Of a stretch of DNA of 41,153 nucleotides, positions 9,401 through 16,895 are shown piece after piece (the first letter of the stretch is position 1; the number at the start of each line of letters is the position of its first letter). The stretch covers positions 1-41,153 of the forward strand of contig CAKKQX010000296.1 of NCBI GenBank assembly GCA_919902235.1, in the 5' to 3' direction. The stretch comes from Burkholderiales bacterium (lineage in GTDB: Bacteria; Pseudomonadota; Gammaproteobacteria; Burkholderiales; SG8-41). The notes beneath the pieces are model-generated. The model was given only the letters and a program-made list of their open reading frames with translations. It was not told the DNA's origin and made no database searches. The position numbers and the translations under genes are program-made.

Positions 9401-10318
9401 CAGCTCGGTCAGGCCGCCCAGCTCACCTTCGGTCAGGCCGCTACCGGCATCGAGCGCGACAATATCAAACTGTGGGATTTCGGCGATTTGCCGGGGGAGA
9501 TCGCGTTTACCCGCAACGGGCGCAGGCTGACCGGCTATCCGGCGCTGGCCGACGAAGGTGAATGTGTCGCGATCCGTCTGTTCGATGTGCGGCAGGCGGC
9601 CGATGCGGCGATGCGCGCCGGCGTCGCGCGGCTGCTGCGCCTGTTGCTCAAGGAGCAGATGAAGCAGCTCGAGAAAAACCTGCGCGGTTTCGAGCATGCG
9701 GCGCTGCAGTTGCGCGGCGCGGCGGCAGCAGACGACCTGCGCGAGGATTTGCTGGCGGCCATCGTCGACCGCGCGTTCCTCGGCGAGGATGCGCTGCCGC
9801 GCACGCAGAAAGATTTCGAGGCGCAGCGCGGCCGCGCCCGCGCGCGGCTGCCGGCGGTGAGCGAGGCGGCGTGTCGCCTGTTCGCGGCGATCGCCGACGA
9901 ATATCACCGCGTTTCGCTCGCGCTCGGCGCCAGCAAAAGCAAAAGCGCGCTGGCGCGACCCGCAGCCGATATCCGCGTGCAGTTGCCGCGGTTGGTCTAC
10001 AAGGGTTACTTCAGTGCCACGCCATGGGAGCAGCTTGCCCACCTGCCGCGCTACCTGAAGGCGATGCAGCTGCGGCTGGATAAATACGGCAGGGATCCGC
10101 AGCGCGATGAGAAACACGCGGCCAGCATCGCGCAACTGTGGCAGCGCTACGAAGAGCGCCTGGAAAAGCAAAAGAAAGCCGGCGCGGTCGATCCGCGGCT
10201 CGCGCAATTCCGCTGGCAAATCGAGGAACTGCGCGTGTCGCTGTTTGCGCAGGAGCTCAGGACGCCGTATCCGGTCTCATACAAGAGGCTGGACAAGCTG
10301 TGGGCGGCGATGCGCTAG
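6497..10318 (+). CDS. hrpA: ATP-dependent RNA helicase HrpA (DEAH-box)
   Basis: 1273 aa. Motifs GETGSGKTTQLPK, DEAHERS, SATID, TNVAETSLTVPGI and QRAGRCGR, with a long HrpA-type C-terminal region. Confidence 0.95.
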   Translation: MSHPPAIDCEQRLRNLPQPTYPDELPVVARREEIARAISGHQVVIVCGETGSGKTTQLPKICLELKRGVAGLIGHTQPRRIAARTVASRIAAELRSPLGHAVGYKVRFADKLSSNTYIKLMTDGILLAETQGDRLLKQYDTLIIDEAHERSLNIDFLLGYLKRLLPRRPDLKVIVTSATIDAERFAAHFNGAPVIEVSGRTYPVEVRYRPLVPTLTPAPLPEGEGSYQAVHAGNSGTDREMEMEDAILGAVDELARERAGGDILVFLPGEREIRETTEALRKHHPRGAEILPLYARLSFEEQERVFKPGGARRIVLATNVAETSLTVPGIHYVVDAGFARVNRYSYRNKVELLQVEKISRASANQRAGRCGRVAAGVCIRLYSEQDYLARPEYTDPEILRSSLAHVILRMQSLKIGDIEDFPFLEPPPPRTIADGYQLLAELGAVDAGRALTAVGWQLAKFPIDPRIARMVVAASHENCLHEVLIIAAALSVQDPRERPFERAEAADRAHERFRDERSDFMGYLRIWDFFNEALKHKKSNRKLTELLHAHFLSHRRMREWRDIHGQLAALVGEMGVHPNQIAATYEQVHRALLAGLLGNIGFKNEDGEYLGARGIKFTLFPGSALRKAQPKWIMAAELVDTTRLYARCAAKIEPEWIEPVATPLLNRHYFDPHWEKERAMVVAFERVTLYGLTIVPRRRVHYGAINPKEAREIFIRNALVAGEYATRAQFYEYNQILIKDVRELEHKARKRDVLVDEQAIFAFYDAILPPDIVNGAAFENWRRAAEEKEPQLLHLTREYLMRHAAADITEAQFPETLQADDAELKLKYRFDPGHALDGVTASVPLPLLNRLEAAPFEWLVPGLIRDKIATAFKALPKPLRRHLAPAAEHVTAFLTECEGGQRREGRGERRESLVEALARYVQRAAGTPVDKDVIGAIDYPSHLRMNFRVVDDAGRELAAGRDLAALKTQLGQAAQLTFGQAATGIERDNIKLWDFGDLPGEIAFTRNGRRLTGYPALADEGECVAIRLFDVRQAADAAMRAGVARLLRLLLKEQMKQLEKNLRGFEHAALQLRGAAAADDLREDLLAAIVDRAFLGEDALPRTQKDFEAQRGRARARLPAVSEAACRLFAAIADEYHRVSLALGASKSKSALARPAADIRVQLPRLVYKGYFSATPWEQLAHLPRYLKAMQLRLDKYGRDPQRDEKHAASIAQLWQRYEERLEKQKKAGAVDPRLAQFRWQIEELRVSLFAQELRTPYPVSYKRLDKLWAAMR
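7131..7172. repeat. REP-like GC-rich palindromic element embedded in frame in hrpA
   Basis: tccccaccctcacccccgCCCCTCtCCCtgaGGGcGAGGGGa is 42 nt (14 codons, PTLTPAPLPEGEGS). Its reverse complement reads cagGGAGAGGggcgggGGTGAgggtgggg, the same core seen at 12839-12856 and on the minus strand near 20768-20790. Confidence 0.55.
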
Positions 10319-10338
10319 TAGTGCGCTCCGCGGCGCGC

Positions 10339-10923
10339 TCAGTGTCCACCGTCCGCGAATTTCTGTTTGAGCTCCGCATCGAACTCGCCGTCGATCAGTA
10401 CGTAGAGCATCAGCGCCGGCTTGTCCGAGCGGTTGCTCCAGGCGTGGTTGGTGCCGCGCTGGATCACCACGTCGCCGGCCTTGAGCAGCACGTCCTGGTC
10501 GTCGAGCAACATGGTGATTTCGCCCTGCAGCACGACCGCGTAATCTATGGTTTCGGTGCGGTGCATGAAGGGATGGCGGCCGTTATTGCCGAAGGTCGAC
10601 GCGCCGGCGTTGCCCATGGCCTTGAACACTGCCTGCGCCTTGTCGGGATCGAGCCTGCGTATCGCTTCCGTTTCGGGGGCGATTTCGGAAATGCGAAACA
10701 CCGTGCCGTGCGGCGGCGGGTGGATCTGTTTCGGTCCTGCCGTGGGGTCGGGCTCGCCGGGTTTAACGATCACCGGCGAGGCCGCTGTTTTCCACAGGTC
10801 GACCGAGATATGACCGGGACGCAGCGGGTTGGTGCGTACCGCGGGCGCCAGGCCGTCTTCCAGCACGATGGCTTTGCCGTTTTCATCGTGGCCGGTGACC
10901 ACGCGTCTGATCTGTCCTTGCAT
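10339..10923 (-). CDS. Cupin domain-containing protein
   Basis: 194 aa. The C-terminal half (HRTETIDYAVVLQGEITMLLDD...LKAGDVVIQRGTNHAW) has the two-motif cupin beta-barrel pattern. Probably in an operon with the upstream Bug-family gene. Confidence 0.7.
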   Translation of the reverse strand: MQGQIRRVVTGHDENGKAIVLEDGLAPAVRTNPLRPGHISVDLWKTAASPVIVKPGEPDPTAGPKQIHPPPHGTVFRISEIAPETEAIRRLDPDKAQAVFKAMGNAGASTFGNNGRHPFMHRTETIDYAVVLQGEITMLLDDQDVLLKAGDVVIQRGTNHAWSNRSDKPALMLYVLIDGEFDAELKQKFADGGH

Positions 10924-10981
10924 TCAACCTCCGGTATGGGCAGTCCGATTCAGGTAAAAACCAGGGCGCGGCGGCCAGCTG

Positions 10982-11950
10982 CTATTCGGGTTGGTAGCCC
11001 GCCAGCTTCACCATTTCCGCAAAACGTTTCAATTGTTCATCGAGGAAAGTTTTAAATGCGGCAGGCGTGTCGCCGACCGGTTCCAGGCGCAAGGCCCGCA
11101 GGCGCTCGGCAATCTGCGGATTGCGCACCGCGGTGCGGGTTTCACCCTGCAGTCCGGATATGATCTTCATCGGTGTTTTCGCTGGTGCGAACATGCCGTA
11201 CCAGCTCATGTCGTCCAGTGCCATGCCGGCTATCCCGGCTTCGGCCATTAGCGGCACGTTGGGCAGGAATGACGCGCGCTTCGAGCCGGTATAGGCGAGC
11301 GCGCGCAGTTTTCCCGACTGGATGTGTTGCAACGACAGCGGGGGCGTCACGAACATCATGTGGATTTCTCCGCCCAGCAGCGCGCTGATGGCCGGCCCCG
11401 CGCCCTTGTAGGCGACATGCACCATGTCGGTCCCGGTGCGCGCCGCGAACATCGAGCCCGCGAGCTGGATCGGGCTGCCGCTGCCGGGGGAACCGTAAGC
11501 GAACTTGCTGCCCGGTTTGGCGGCGAGCGCGATCAGTTCCTTCACCGAGCGCGCGGCGACCGCGGGATTCACGGCCAGGATATAGCCGCCGCCCGAGGCA
11601 ATGTTGGTGATCGGCGTGAAATCCCTGCGCACATCGAAGGGCAGTTTTTTGTGGGTACTGGGATTGACTGCAAACGACGCCGAGGTCACCAGCAGCGTGT
11701 AGCCGTCGGGCGCCGCTTTGGCGACCAGGTCGGCGCCGATAATGCCGTTGGCGCCCGGCCGGTTGTCGACTACGAACGGCTGTCCCATTTGCGCGGCGAG
11801 CTGCTGGGCGACGATGCGGGTGATGGTGTCGGGCGCGCCGGCGCCGAAGCCGATGATCACGCGCACCGGCCGCGCAGGGTAATCCTGGGCAGCGGCGCTT
11901 GCGCACACCGACAGCGCCGACAGTACGATGAACAACGATCTGATCAACAT
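10982..11950 (-). CDS. Bug-family (TctC-like) tripartite tricarboxylate transporter substrate-binding protein
   Basis: Signal peptide, then the typical Bug N-terminus [29 protein letters not shown]...[13 protein letters not shown]...APDGYTLL. 322 aa. Confidence 0.88.
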   Translation of the reverse strand: MLIRSLFIVLSALSVCASAAAQDYPARPVRVIIGFGAGAPDTITRIVAQQLAAQMGQPFVVDNRPGANGIIGADLVAKAAPDGYTLLVTSASFAVNPSTHKKLPFDVRRDFTPITNIASGGGYILAVNPAVAARSVKELIALAAKPGSKFAYGSPGSGSPIQLAGSMFAARTGTDMVHVAYKGAGPAISALLGGEIHMMFVTPPLSLQHIQSGKLRALAYTGSKRASFLPNVPLMAEAGIAGMALDDMSWYGMFAPAKTPMKIISGLQGETRTAVRNPQIAERLRALRLEPVGDTPAAFKTFLDEQLKRFAEMVKLAGYQPE

Positions 11951-11991
11951 GCGTATTCTCCCGGTTTAATGTTGAGCAGCCTTGCGGCGCG

Positions 11992-12831
11992 CTACTCCGG
12001 CGCCAGCCAGTCCACTTTTACGCCGCCTGCGCCGTCGCGGGCCAGCACCTGCCACAGCCATTCGAGCAGCGGCCGCGCTTCGTTGGCGAATTTGTACGGC
12101 GGATTTACCACCAGCATGCCGCAGCCGGGGATGGTTTCCGCACCTTCGGCTGCGATCCGCAGTTCCAGCCGCAGTATTTTGCGGATGCCGGTTTGGTCGA
12201 TATCGCGCGCGAAGCCGAGCATGGCGCCCGGCGCCATCAGCGGATACCAGATGGCGTAGATGCCGGTGGCCCAGCGCGCGTGCGCTTGCTGCAGCGCTGC
12301 GGCGATGCGTGCGAACTCCCTGGCGCGGTCAAACGAGGAATCGAGCAACACCAGTCCACGCCGCTCTTTCGGCGGCAGGAAGGCCTTCAGTGCCTGGTAA
12401 CCATCCATCAGGTGCGCTGCGACCTGCTTGTCGCCGGCAAACACCGCCCGCAGTTCCTCGAAATCGACTTTGTTCAATTCACTCAGCACGATGCGGTCGC
12501 CGCGGCGGGCGAGTTGTTTCGCGATGAACGGCGAGCCGGGGTAGAAGCGCAGATTAGGGTAGGGATTGGCCGCTTTCACCGCATCCAGGTAGGGCGCGAG
12601 CGCCAGGGGAATATCCTTGCGCCCCCACAGGCGGGCAATGCCGTTGTCGTACTCGCGTGCCTTTTGCGCCCACTCGTGCATGAGGTCGTAGCGGCCGATG
12701 CCGGCGTGGGTGTCGAGATAGCACCAGGGCTTGTCCTTGAGATTGAGCGCGGCGAGCAGCCGCGCGAGCAGCGCGTGCTTGAACACGTCGGCGAAATTGC
12801 CGGCGTGGTACATGTGGCGGTAGGAAAGCAT
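11992..12831 (-). CDS. rlmJ: 23S rRNA (adenine2030-N6)-methyltransferase RlmJ
   Basis: Characteristic N-terminus MLSYRHMYHAGNFADVFKH, with VVNPPY near the C-terminus. 279 aa. Confidence 0.9.
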   Translation of the reverse strand: MLSYRHMYHAGNFADVFKHALLARLLAALNLKDKPWCYLDTHAGIGRYDLMHEWAQKAREYDNGIARLWGRKDIPLALAPYLDAVKAANPYPNLRFYPGSPFIAKQLARRGDRIVLSELNKVDFEELRAVFAGDKQVAAHLMDGYQALKAFLPPKERRGLVLLDSSFDRAREFARIAAALQQAHARWATGIYAIWYPLMAPGAMLGFARDIDQTGIRKILRLELRIAAEGAETIPGCGMLVVNPPYKFANEARPLLEWLWQVLARDGAGGVKVDWLAPE

Positions 12832-12943
12832 TGGTTCGCAGGGAGAGGAGGGGTGATTAAGTGATTCGGTAGTTCAGCAAACCGCAGCAACGCTGCGCAT
12901 CATCCGGCACCACCCCATCACACAACCGCTTAATCACTGTTTT

Positions 12944-13309
12944 TCAAAGTTTGTTGTACTTGGTCGCCTTGCCGCGGGATTTTTCCACCGGATACTTCTT
13001 CGCGTTAAGCCTGAGTTTCTTTTCCGCCGCAGCCGCCAAATCGATATCGAGCTTGTCGCACAGCCGCAGCAGGAACAGCAGCACGTCTGCGCATTCCAGC
13101 GCCACTTCCTCGCGCGTCGTGCCCGGCAGGTTCGCCGCCTGTTCGAAGGTGAGCCACTGAAAATGTTCCACCAGTTCGCCGGCTTCGCCCGCCAGCGCCA
13201 TCGCCAGATTCTTGGGGTTGTGGAACTGGTCCCAGTCGCGTTCGGCCGCGAATGTCGCCAGCTGCGCGCGCAGGCGCTCCAGGCTGTCCGGGTGTCGGGT
13301 CATGTGCAA
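12944..13309 (-). CDS. MazG-like nucleotide pyrophosphohydrolase (small single-domain type)
   Basis: 121 aa. RDWDQFHNPKNLAMALAGEAGELVEHFQW and ECADVLLFLLRL match the MazG EExE/helical core. Confidence 0.85.
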   Translation of the reverse strand: MHMTRHPDSLERLRAQLATFAAERDWDQFHNPKNLAMALAGEAGELVEHFQWLTFEQAANLPGTTREEVALECADVLLFLLRLCDKLDIDLAAAAEKKLRLNAKKYPVEKSRGKATKYNKL

Positions 13310-13434
13310 ACCTGCATCGATAATGATTCGAGAATATGATTTTGTCGCAGTATAACCGCCCGCTGCATGATGAGAAAAAATATTGAATTAAATCAAATAG
13401 ATAAACATTACCCCGGTGCGCAGACTCATGCGCA

Positions 13435-13599
13435 ATGCCGGAACAGCGCGTGTTGTTGATCGAGCTCCTGTGGCGCATCGCTTATGCCGACGGCAAGCTC
13501 GATCCTTACGAGGACCACTACGTGCGCAAGATCGCGCACCTGCTCCATGTTCCCAACACCCAGCGTATGCTGACGCGGGGGCGCGCACGCCCCGCCTGA
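13435..13599 (+). pseudogene. 5'-truncated remnant of a TerB-family (tellurite-resistance TerB-like) gene
   Basis: A 54-codon ORF below the track cutoff: MPEQRVLLIELLWRIAYADGKLDPYEDHYVRKIAHLLHVPNTQRMLTRGRARPA. It matches only the C-terminal about 45 aa of roughly 150-aa TerB-family proteins. An in-frame stop lies at 13402 and AT-rich non-coding DNA lies upstream. Confidence 0.5.
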
Positions 13600-13687
13600 A
13601 TGCCGGCGGCGGGTAATGCGCCGGCCAGGGCCAGCAGTGCGAGAATTTTTGTCCGGCGGTTGTTCAATTTTCCTGCTCCTGCTGTTA

Positions 13688-14551
13688 TCAGGCGGCGACC
13701 ACGTAGCCGGAAGGCGTGCCGAGCACCGTCGTGCGTTCCATGTGGCGGCGCTGCGTCTCGTCGAAATCACCCAGCGCCTGGTGCATGGTGCAGCGGTTGT
13801 CCCACACCACGATGTCGTGCTTGCGCCACTGGTGGCGGTAGACGAATTCCGGCCGCGTGGCGTGGCGGTTGAGATAGTCGATCAGCGGCTTGCTTTCTTC
13901 CTCGGTCATGCCGTCGAAGCGGCTGACTTTCTCGCCCAGGTAGAGCGCCTTGCGTCCGGTTTCGGGATGCACCCGCACTACCGGCTGGGCGACCGGCGGG
14001 TTGATGCGCTTCTGCTCTGCGGCGCGCACCGTTCCGGTGGCCTCGTTGGCGATCTTGCGCGTGCCCGACATGTGAATGCCGTGCAGGTCAGCGATCAGTT
14101 CCTTCATGCCATCCGACAGCGTCTCGTAGGCCATGGTCATGTTGGCGAACAGCGTGTCGCCGCCCACCTCGGGTATCACATGGCTGCGCAGCAGCGAGCC
14201 AAGCGACGGCGTGGTGGTGAACGACATGTCGGAATGCCACTGGCGGCCGGTATATCTCGAGTCGGATGGGGTGCCGTCGGGGTTGGGTTCGTTGGTGACC
14301 AGCAGCAGTTCGGGGTGCTTGGGATGGCGGTCGCGCGGCAGGGCATCATGTCGGTCGAGCTCGCCGAAGCGACGGCTGAACTCGATGTGCTGCTCGCGCG
14401 TGATGTCCTGGTTGCGCAGCAGCAGGATGCCGTAATTCAGGAATGCCTGGTAAATCTCGCCAAAAGCCGCCTCGCTCATCGGTTTGGAAACGTCGGCGTC
14501 GCACACCTCCACGCCCAGCGCGTTGGACAGCCTGCGCAGCTTCAAGGCCAT
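13688..14551 (-). CDS. TauD/TfdA family Fe(II)/2-oxoglutarate-dependent dioxygenase
   Basis: HxD...H triad in WHSDMSF and VWDNRCTMHQA, with the RRHMERTTV arginine motif. The start is set at the ATG at 14551, preceded by AAGGAGG; the track ORF starts 8 codons earlier. Confidence 0.85.
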   Translation of the reverse strand: MALKLRRLSNALGVEVCDADVSKPMSEAAFGEIYQAFLNYGILLLRNQDITREQHIEFSRRFGELDRHDALPRDRHPKHPELLLVTNEPNPDGTPSDSRYTGRQWHSDMSFTTTPSLGSLLRSHVIPEVGGDTLFANMTMAYETLSDGMKELIADLHGIHMSGTRKIANEATGTVRAAEQKRINPPVAQPVVRVHPETGRKALYLGEKVSRFDGMTEEESKPLIDYLNRHATRPEFVYRHQWRKHDIVVWDNRCTMHQALGDFDETQRRHMERTTVLGTPSGYVVAA

Positions 14552-14723
14552 GGTCGCTCCTCCTTTTTGTTTCATGGCAGCAAGAATACGGTCAATCGGG
14601 AATTGAATATCCGGTGATCGGCAAAGGCGGCAGCCGGGGCACTCCGGGGGTCAGCCTGCTCCCGCAATTATTTCCCGAGTACGGGCGCCATTTGTGCGCG
14701 CATGAAACAAGAATATCCCCGGC

Positions 14724-15695
14724 TCACCACGGCGCCACGATGGGCCCGCCCTTGATGGTCGTGCGGTGCATCACGCGGCGCTGGCTGGAGTCGATCTCGG
14801 TGCGGTAGTGCATGCAGCAGCGGTTGTCCCACAGCACGATATCGCCGACGCGCCATTTGTGCGTCCATGCGTATTTCGCCTGCGTCGCGTGCGCCCACAG
14901 CTTGTCGAGCAGCGCTTCGCTGTCCGCATTGGACATGCCGATGATGTAGTTGGACGGCCAGTCGCGGCGCCGTCCCAGATACAGCGCGTGCCTGCCGGTG
15001 AGCGGATGCACCCGCACCAGCGGATGCGTCGGTCCTTCGACTTCCTCGGGACTCGTCGGCAGCTTCACGCCGGGGCGCAGGATGCCGGCGCTGTTGCGGC
15101 TGGAATCGTGCACTTGTGATTTGCCTTCGATGGCGCGCCTGAGTTCGGCAGGCAGTTCCTGGTAGGCGAGATACTGGTTATTGAACGAGGTGTCTCCGCC
15201 GCCATCTGCGGGTATTTCCAGCGAGTAGAGCATACTGCCCGCGGGCGGCACCGCAACGTAAGAATTATCGGTGTGCCATACCACTTCGTAGCTGCCGAGG
15301 CCGCCGTTGTCGCGCACCGGGCGGCCATCCGGTCCGAGGTTGGAAATGATGGCGACGCTCGGGTGCGTGGACACCATGTACTGGTTGTCCACTTTTTGGC
15401 CGGCGTCGAGATGGTATTTGCGCGAGGCTGCCTCGTGCGGCGGGCCGAAGATGGCGGAGGCCGCGAGCAGCTGCTCGTCGTCGATATCCTGACCGCGAAT
15501 CAGCAGCACCAGATGATCGGTCCAGGCCTGGCGCAGCGCGGCCTTGACGTTGTCCGGCAGCGGCAGGGAAAAATCGATGCCGCGGATTTCCGCGCCCAGC
15601 GCGGCGCCGGTGGGGATAGCCTCGAATGCGGCAAGCGTGTTGGCCGCTTGCGCAGCGTTGCCGCTGGCGGGAGATGGTTGACCTGCGGTGTGCAT
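14724..15695 (-). CDS. TauD/TfdA family Fe(II)/2-oxoglutarate-dependent dioxygenase, second diverged paralogue
   Basis: WHTDNSY, LWDNRCCMHYR and RRVMHRTTI. 323 aa with an approximately 30-aa N-terminal extension. An AGGAGG RBS sits 5 nt upstream of the ATG. Confidence 0.85.
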   Translation of the reverse strand: MHTAGQPSPASGNAAQAANTLAAFEAIPTGAALGAEIRGIDFSLPLPDNVKAALRQAWTDHLVLLIRGQDIDDEQLLAASAIFGPPHEAASRKYHLDAGQKVDNQYMVSTHPSVAIISNLGPDGRPVRDNGGLGSYEVVWHTDNSYVAVPPAGSMLYSLEIPADGGGDTSFNNQYLAYQELPAELRRAIEGKSQVHDSSRNSAGILRPGVKLPTSPEEVEGPTHPLVRVHPLTGRHALYLGRRRDWPSNYIIGMSNADSEALLDKLWAHATQAKYAWTHKWRVGDIVLWDNRCCMHYRTEIDSSQRRVMHRTTIKGGPIVAPW

Positions 15696-15714
15696 CAGAG
15701 CCTCCTGTGGTATC

Positions 15715-15790
15715 GAAACGGTGCGCGAAACGGTCTGTGAAACAGGTCTGTGAAACGGGTCTGTGAAACGGGTCTGCGAAACGATCCGGC
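15715..15790. repeat. Tandem array of 12-13-bp GAAAC(G)GGTCTGT units, about 5.5 copies
   Basis: gaaacggtgcgc / gaaacggtctgt / gaaacaggtctgt / gaaacgggtctgt / gaaacgggtctgc / gaaacgatccggc, read head to tail. The array starts 20 nt upstream of the start codon at 15695. Confidence 0.9.
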
Positions 15791-15944
15791 GTGACTGCGT
15801 CCGTGGTTGCGTTACAACGTTTTCAAGTCATTCTGTAATTGCAGCTTGCGCACCGGAACATGGCCGCATTCTCTGCCTGCGCTCCACGCAGCGTCAAGGC
15901 GGCGTCCGGATCGTGGATACGCGGGGGCAAAAAGCAGGGCACGG

Positions 15945-16763
15945 CTAGGGGGTCGCGATCAGCGGTAGCGGCCTGTCCTTCCATGCATGAAAGTAGTCGT
16001 AATCGACCTGACGGTGCAGCCCGTGGCGCATGGCTTCGATGATGAAAGCGTCGTCGGCTTCGATGTTTTCGAGGTTGACGTCGGCGCCGAATTCGCCGAT
16101 CAGCCATTTCGCGATCCTGAAGCGGTCATCGCCCGGTCCGCACTCGATGATGAGCTGCTCGGGCCCCACGCCGCGCATCAGTCGGTGCAGCGCATCGCTG
16201 CTTTCCCTGATCGCGAGCGCGACGTCGCTTTTCTCGACCACCACGAGGTAAACCCCCGCTTCGAGGTCGCGCTTCGCCGTCTCAATCGCCTCGTCCGCGT
16301 CGAGCGGATGCTCGGGGAATTTCTTGCCAAGTTCAGTGTAGACCGTCAGGCCGTTTGCGCGCGCCCATTTGATGGACGCGACGCGCTGTTCGGGCTTGAG
16401 CGCGATCGAGTCCTCGCTGACCTCCACGCCCTTGAATCCCAGATCCGCGATGCGCTCCATGAACTGCGGCACCTTGCCCTGCACCGCGGCGACCTGGAAC
16501 GGAATGCCGCCGGGCAGGGTGTCGATGCCGGCTTTGTTGTAAAGGGCGTTTTTTTCGCGTATCAGTCGCGGCGGATTGCGCCACATCAGCCCGACATGAT
16601 CCGGCAGCTTGATGTGGTCGATGATGTCGCCGGCAGTTTCGATGAGGTCACGGGCCTGGGCCAGCGATTTTGCCTTGTCGCTCACCACGCTCAGGCCGAG
16701 TTTGCGCGGCTTGGCCGGGCGGGGCGGGCGCGCGAGAAAATCGAATGCGGCGTGCTGCGTCAT
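15945..16763 (-). CDS. comA: ComA-family protein, (2R)-phospho-3-sulfolactate synthase homologue
   Basis: 272 aa, colinear with archaeal ComA as I recall it: GLSVVSDK, REKNALYNKAGIDTLPGGIPFQ, GFKGVEVSEDSIALKPEQR, GLTVYTELGKK, GADVNLENI. Confidence 0.8.
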   Translation of the reverse strand: MTQHAAFDFLARPPRPAKPRKLGLSVVSDKAKSLAQARDLIETAGDIIDHIKLPDHVGLMWRNPPRLIREKNALYNKAGIDTLPGGIPFQVAAVQGKVPQFMERIADLGFKGVEVSEDSIALKPEQRVASIKWARANGLTVYTELGKKFPEHPLDADEAIETAKRDLEAGVYLVVVEKSDVALAIRESSDALHRLMRGVGPEQLIIECGPGDDRFRIAKWLIGEFGADVNLENIEADDAFIIEAMRHGLHRQVDYDYFHAWKDRPLPLIATP

Positions 16764-16895
16764 GTTGTCTCCTCCGGTTTGGCGTTATCATACGCCCGCG
16801 CGCCGCCATTACGCGCGGCGTTACGTGATTTGCCCACAGCGTGGACGCGCCGACGATAAACCGTGCGCCGTGCATCAAACTCCGGAGAAGGGGAA

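Noticed and set aside
12852-12937. 9-bp inverted repeat GTGATTAAG ... CTTAATCAC between the MazG-like gene and rlmJ, considered as a terminator.
   Set aside because: The arms are about 68 nt apart and no U-tract follows on the transcribed (minus) strand. This is weak evidence for any function.
15715-15790. CRISPR array. The same question applies to the repeats at 27193-27227 and 25781-25812.
   Set aside because: The units are 8-13 bp and directly abutting, with no spacers. There are no cas genes. These are simple tandem repeats.
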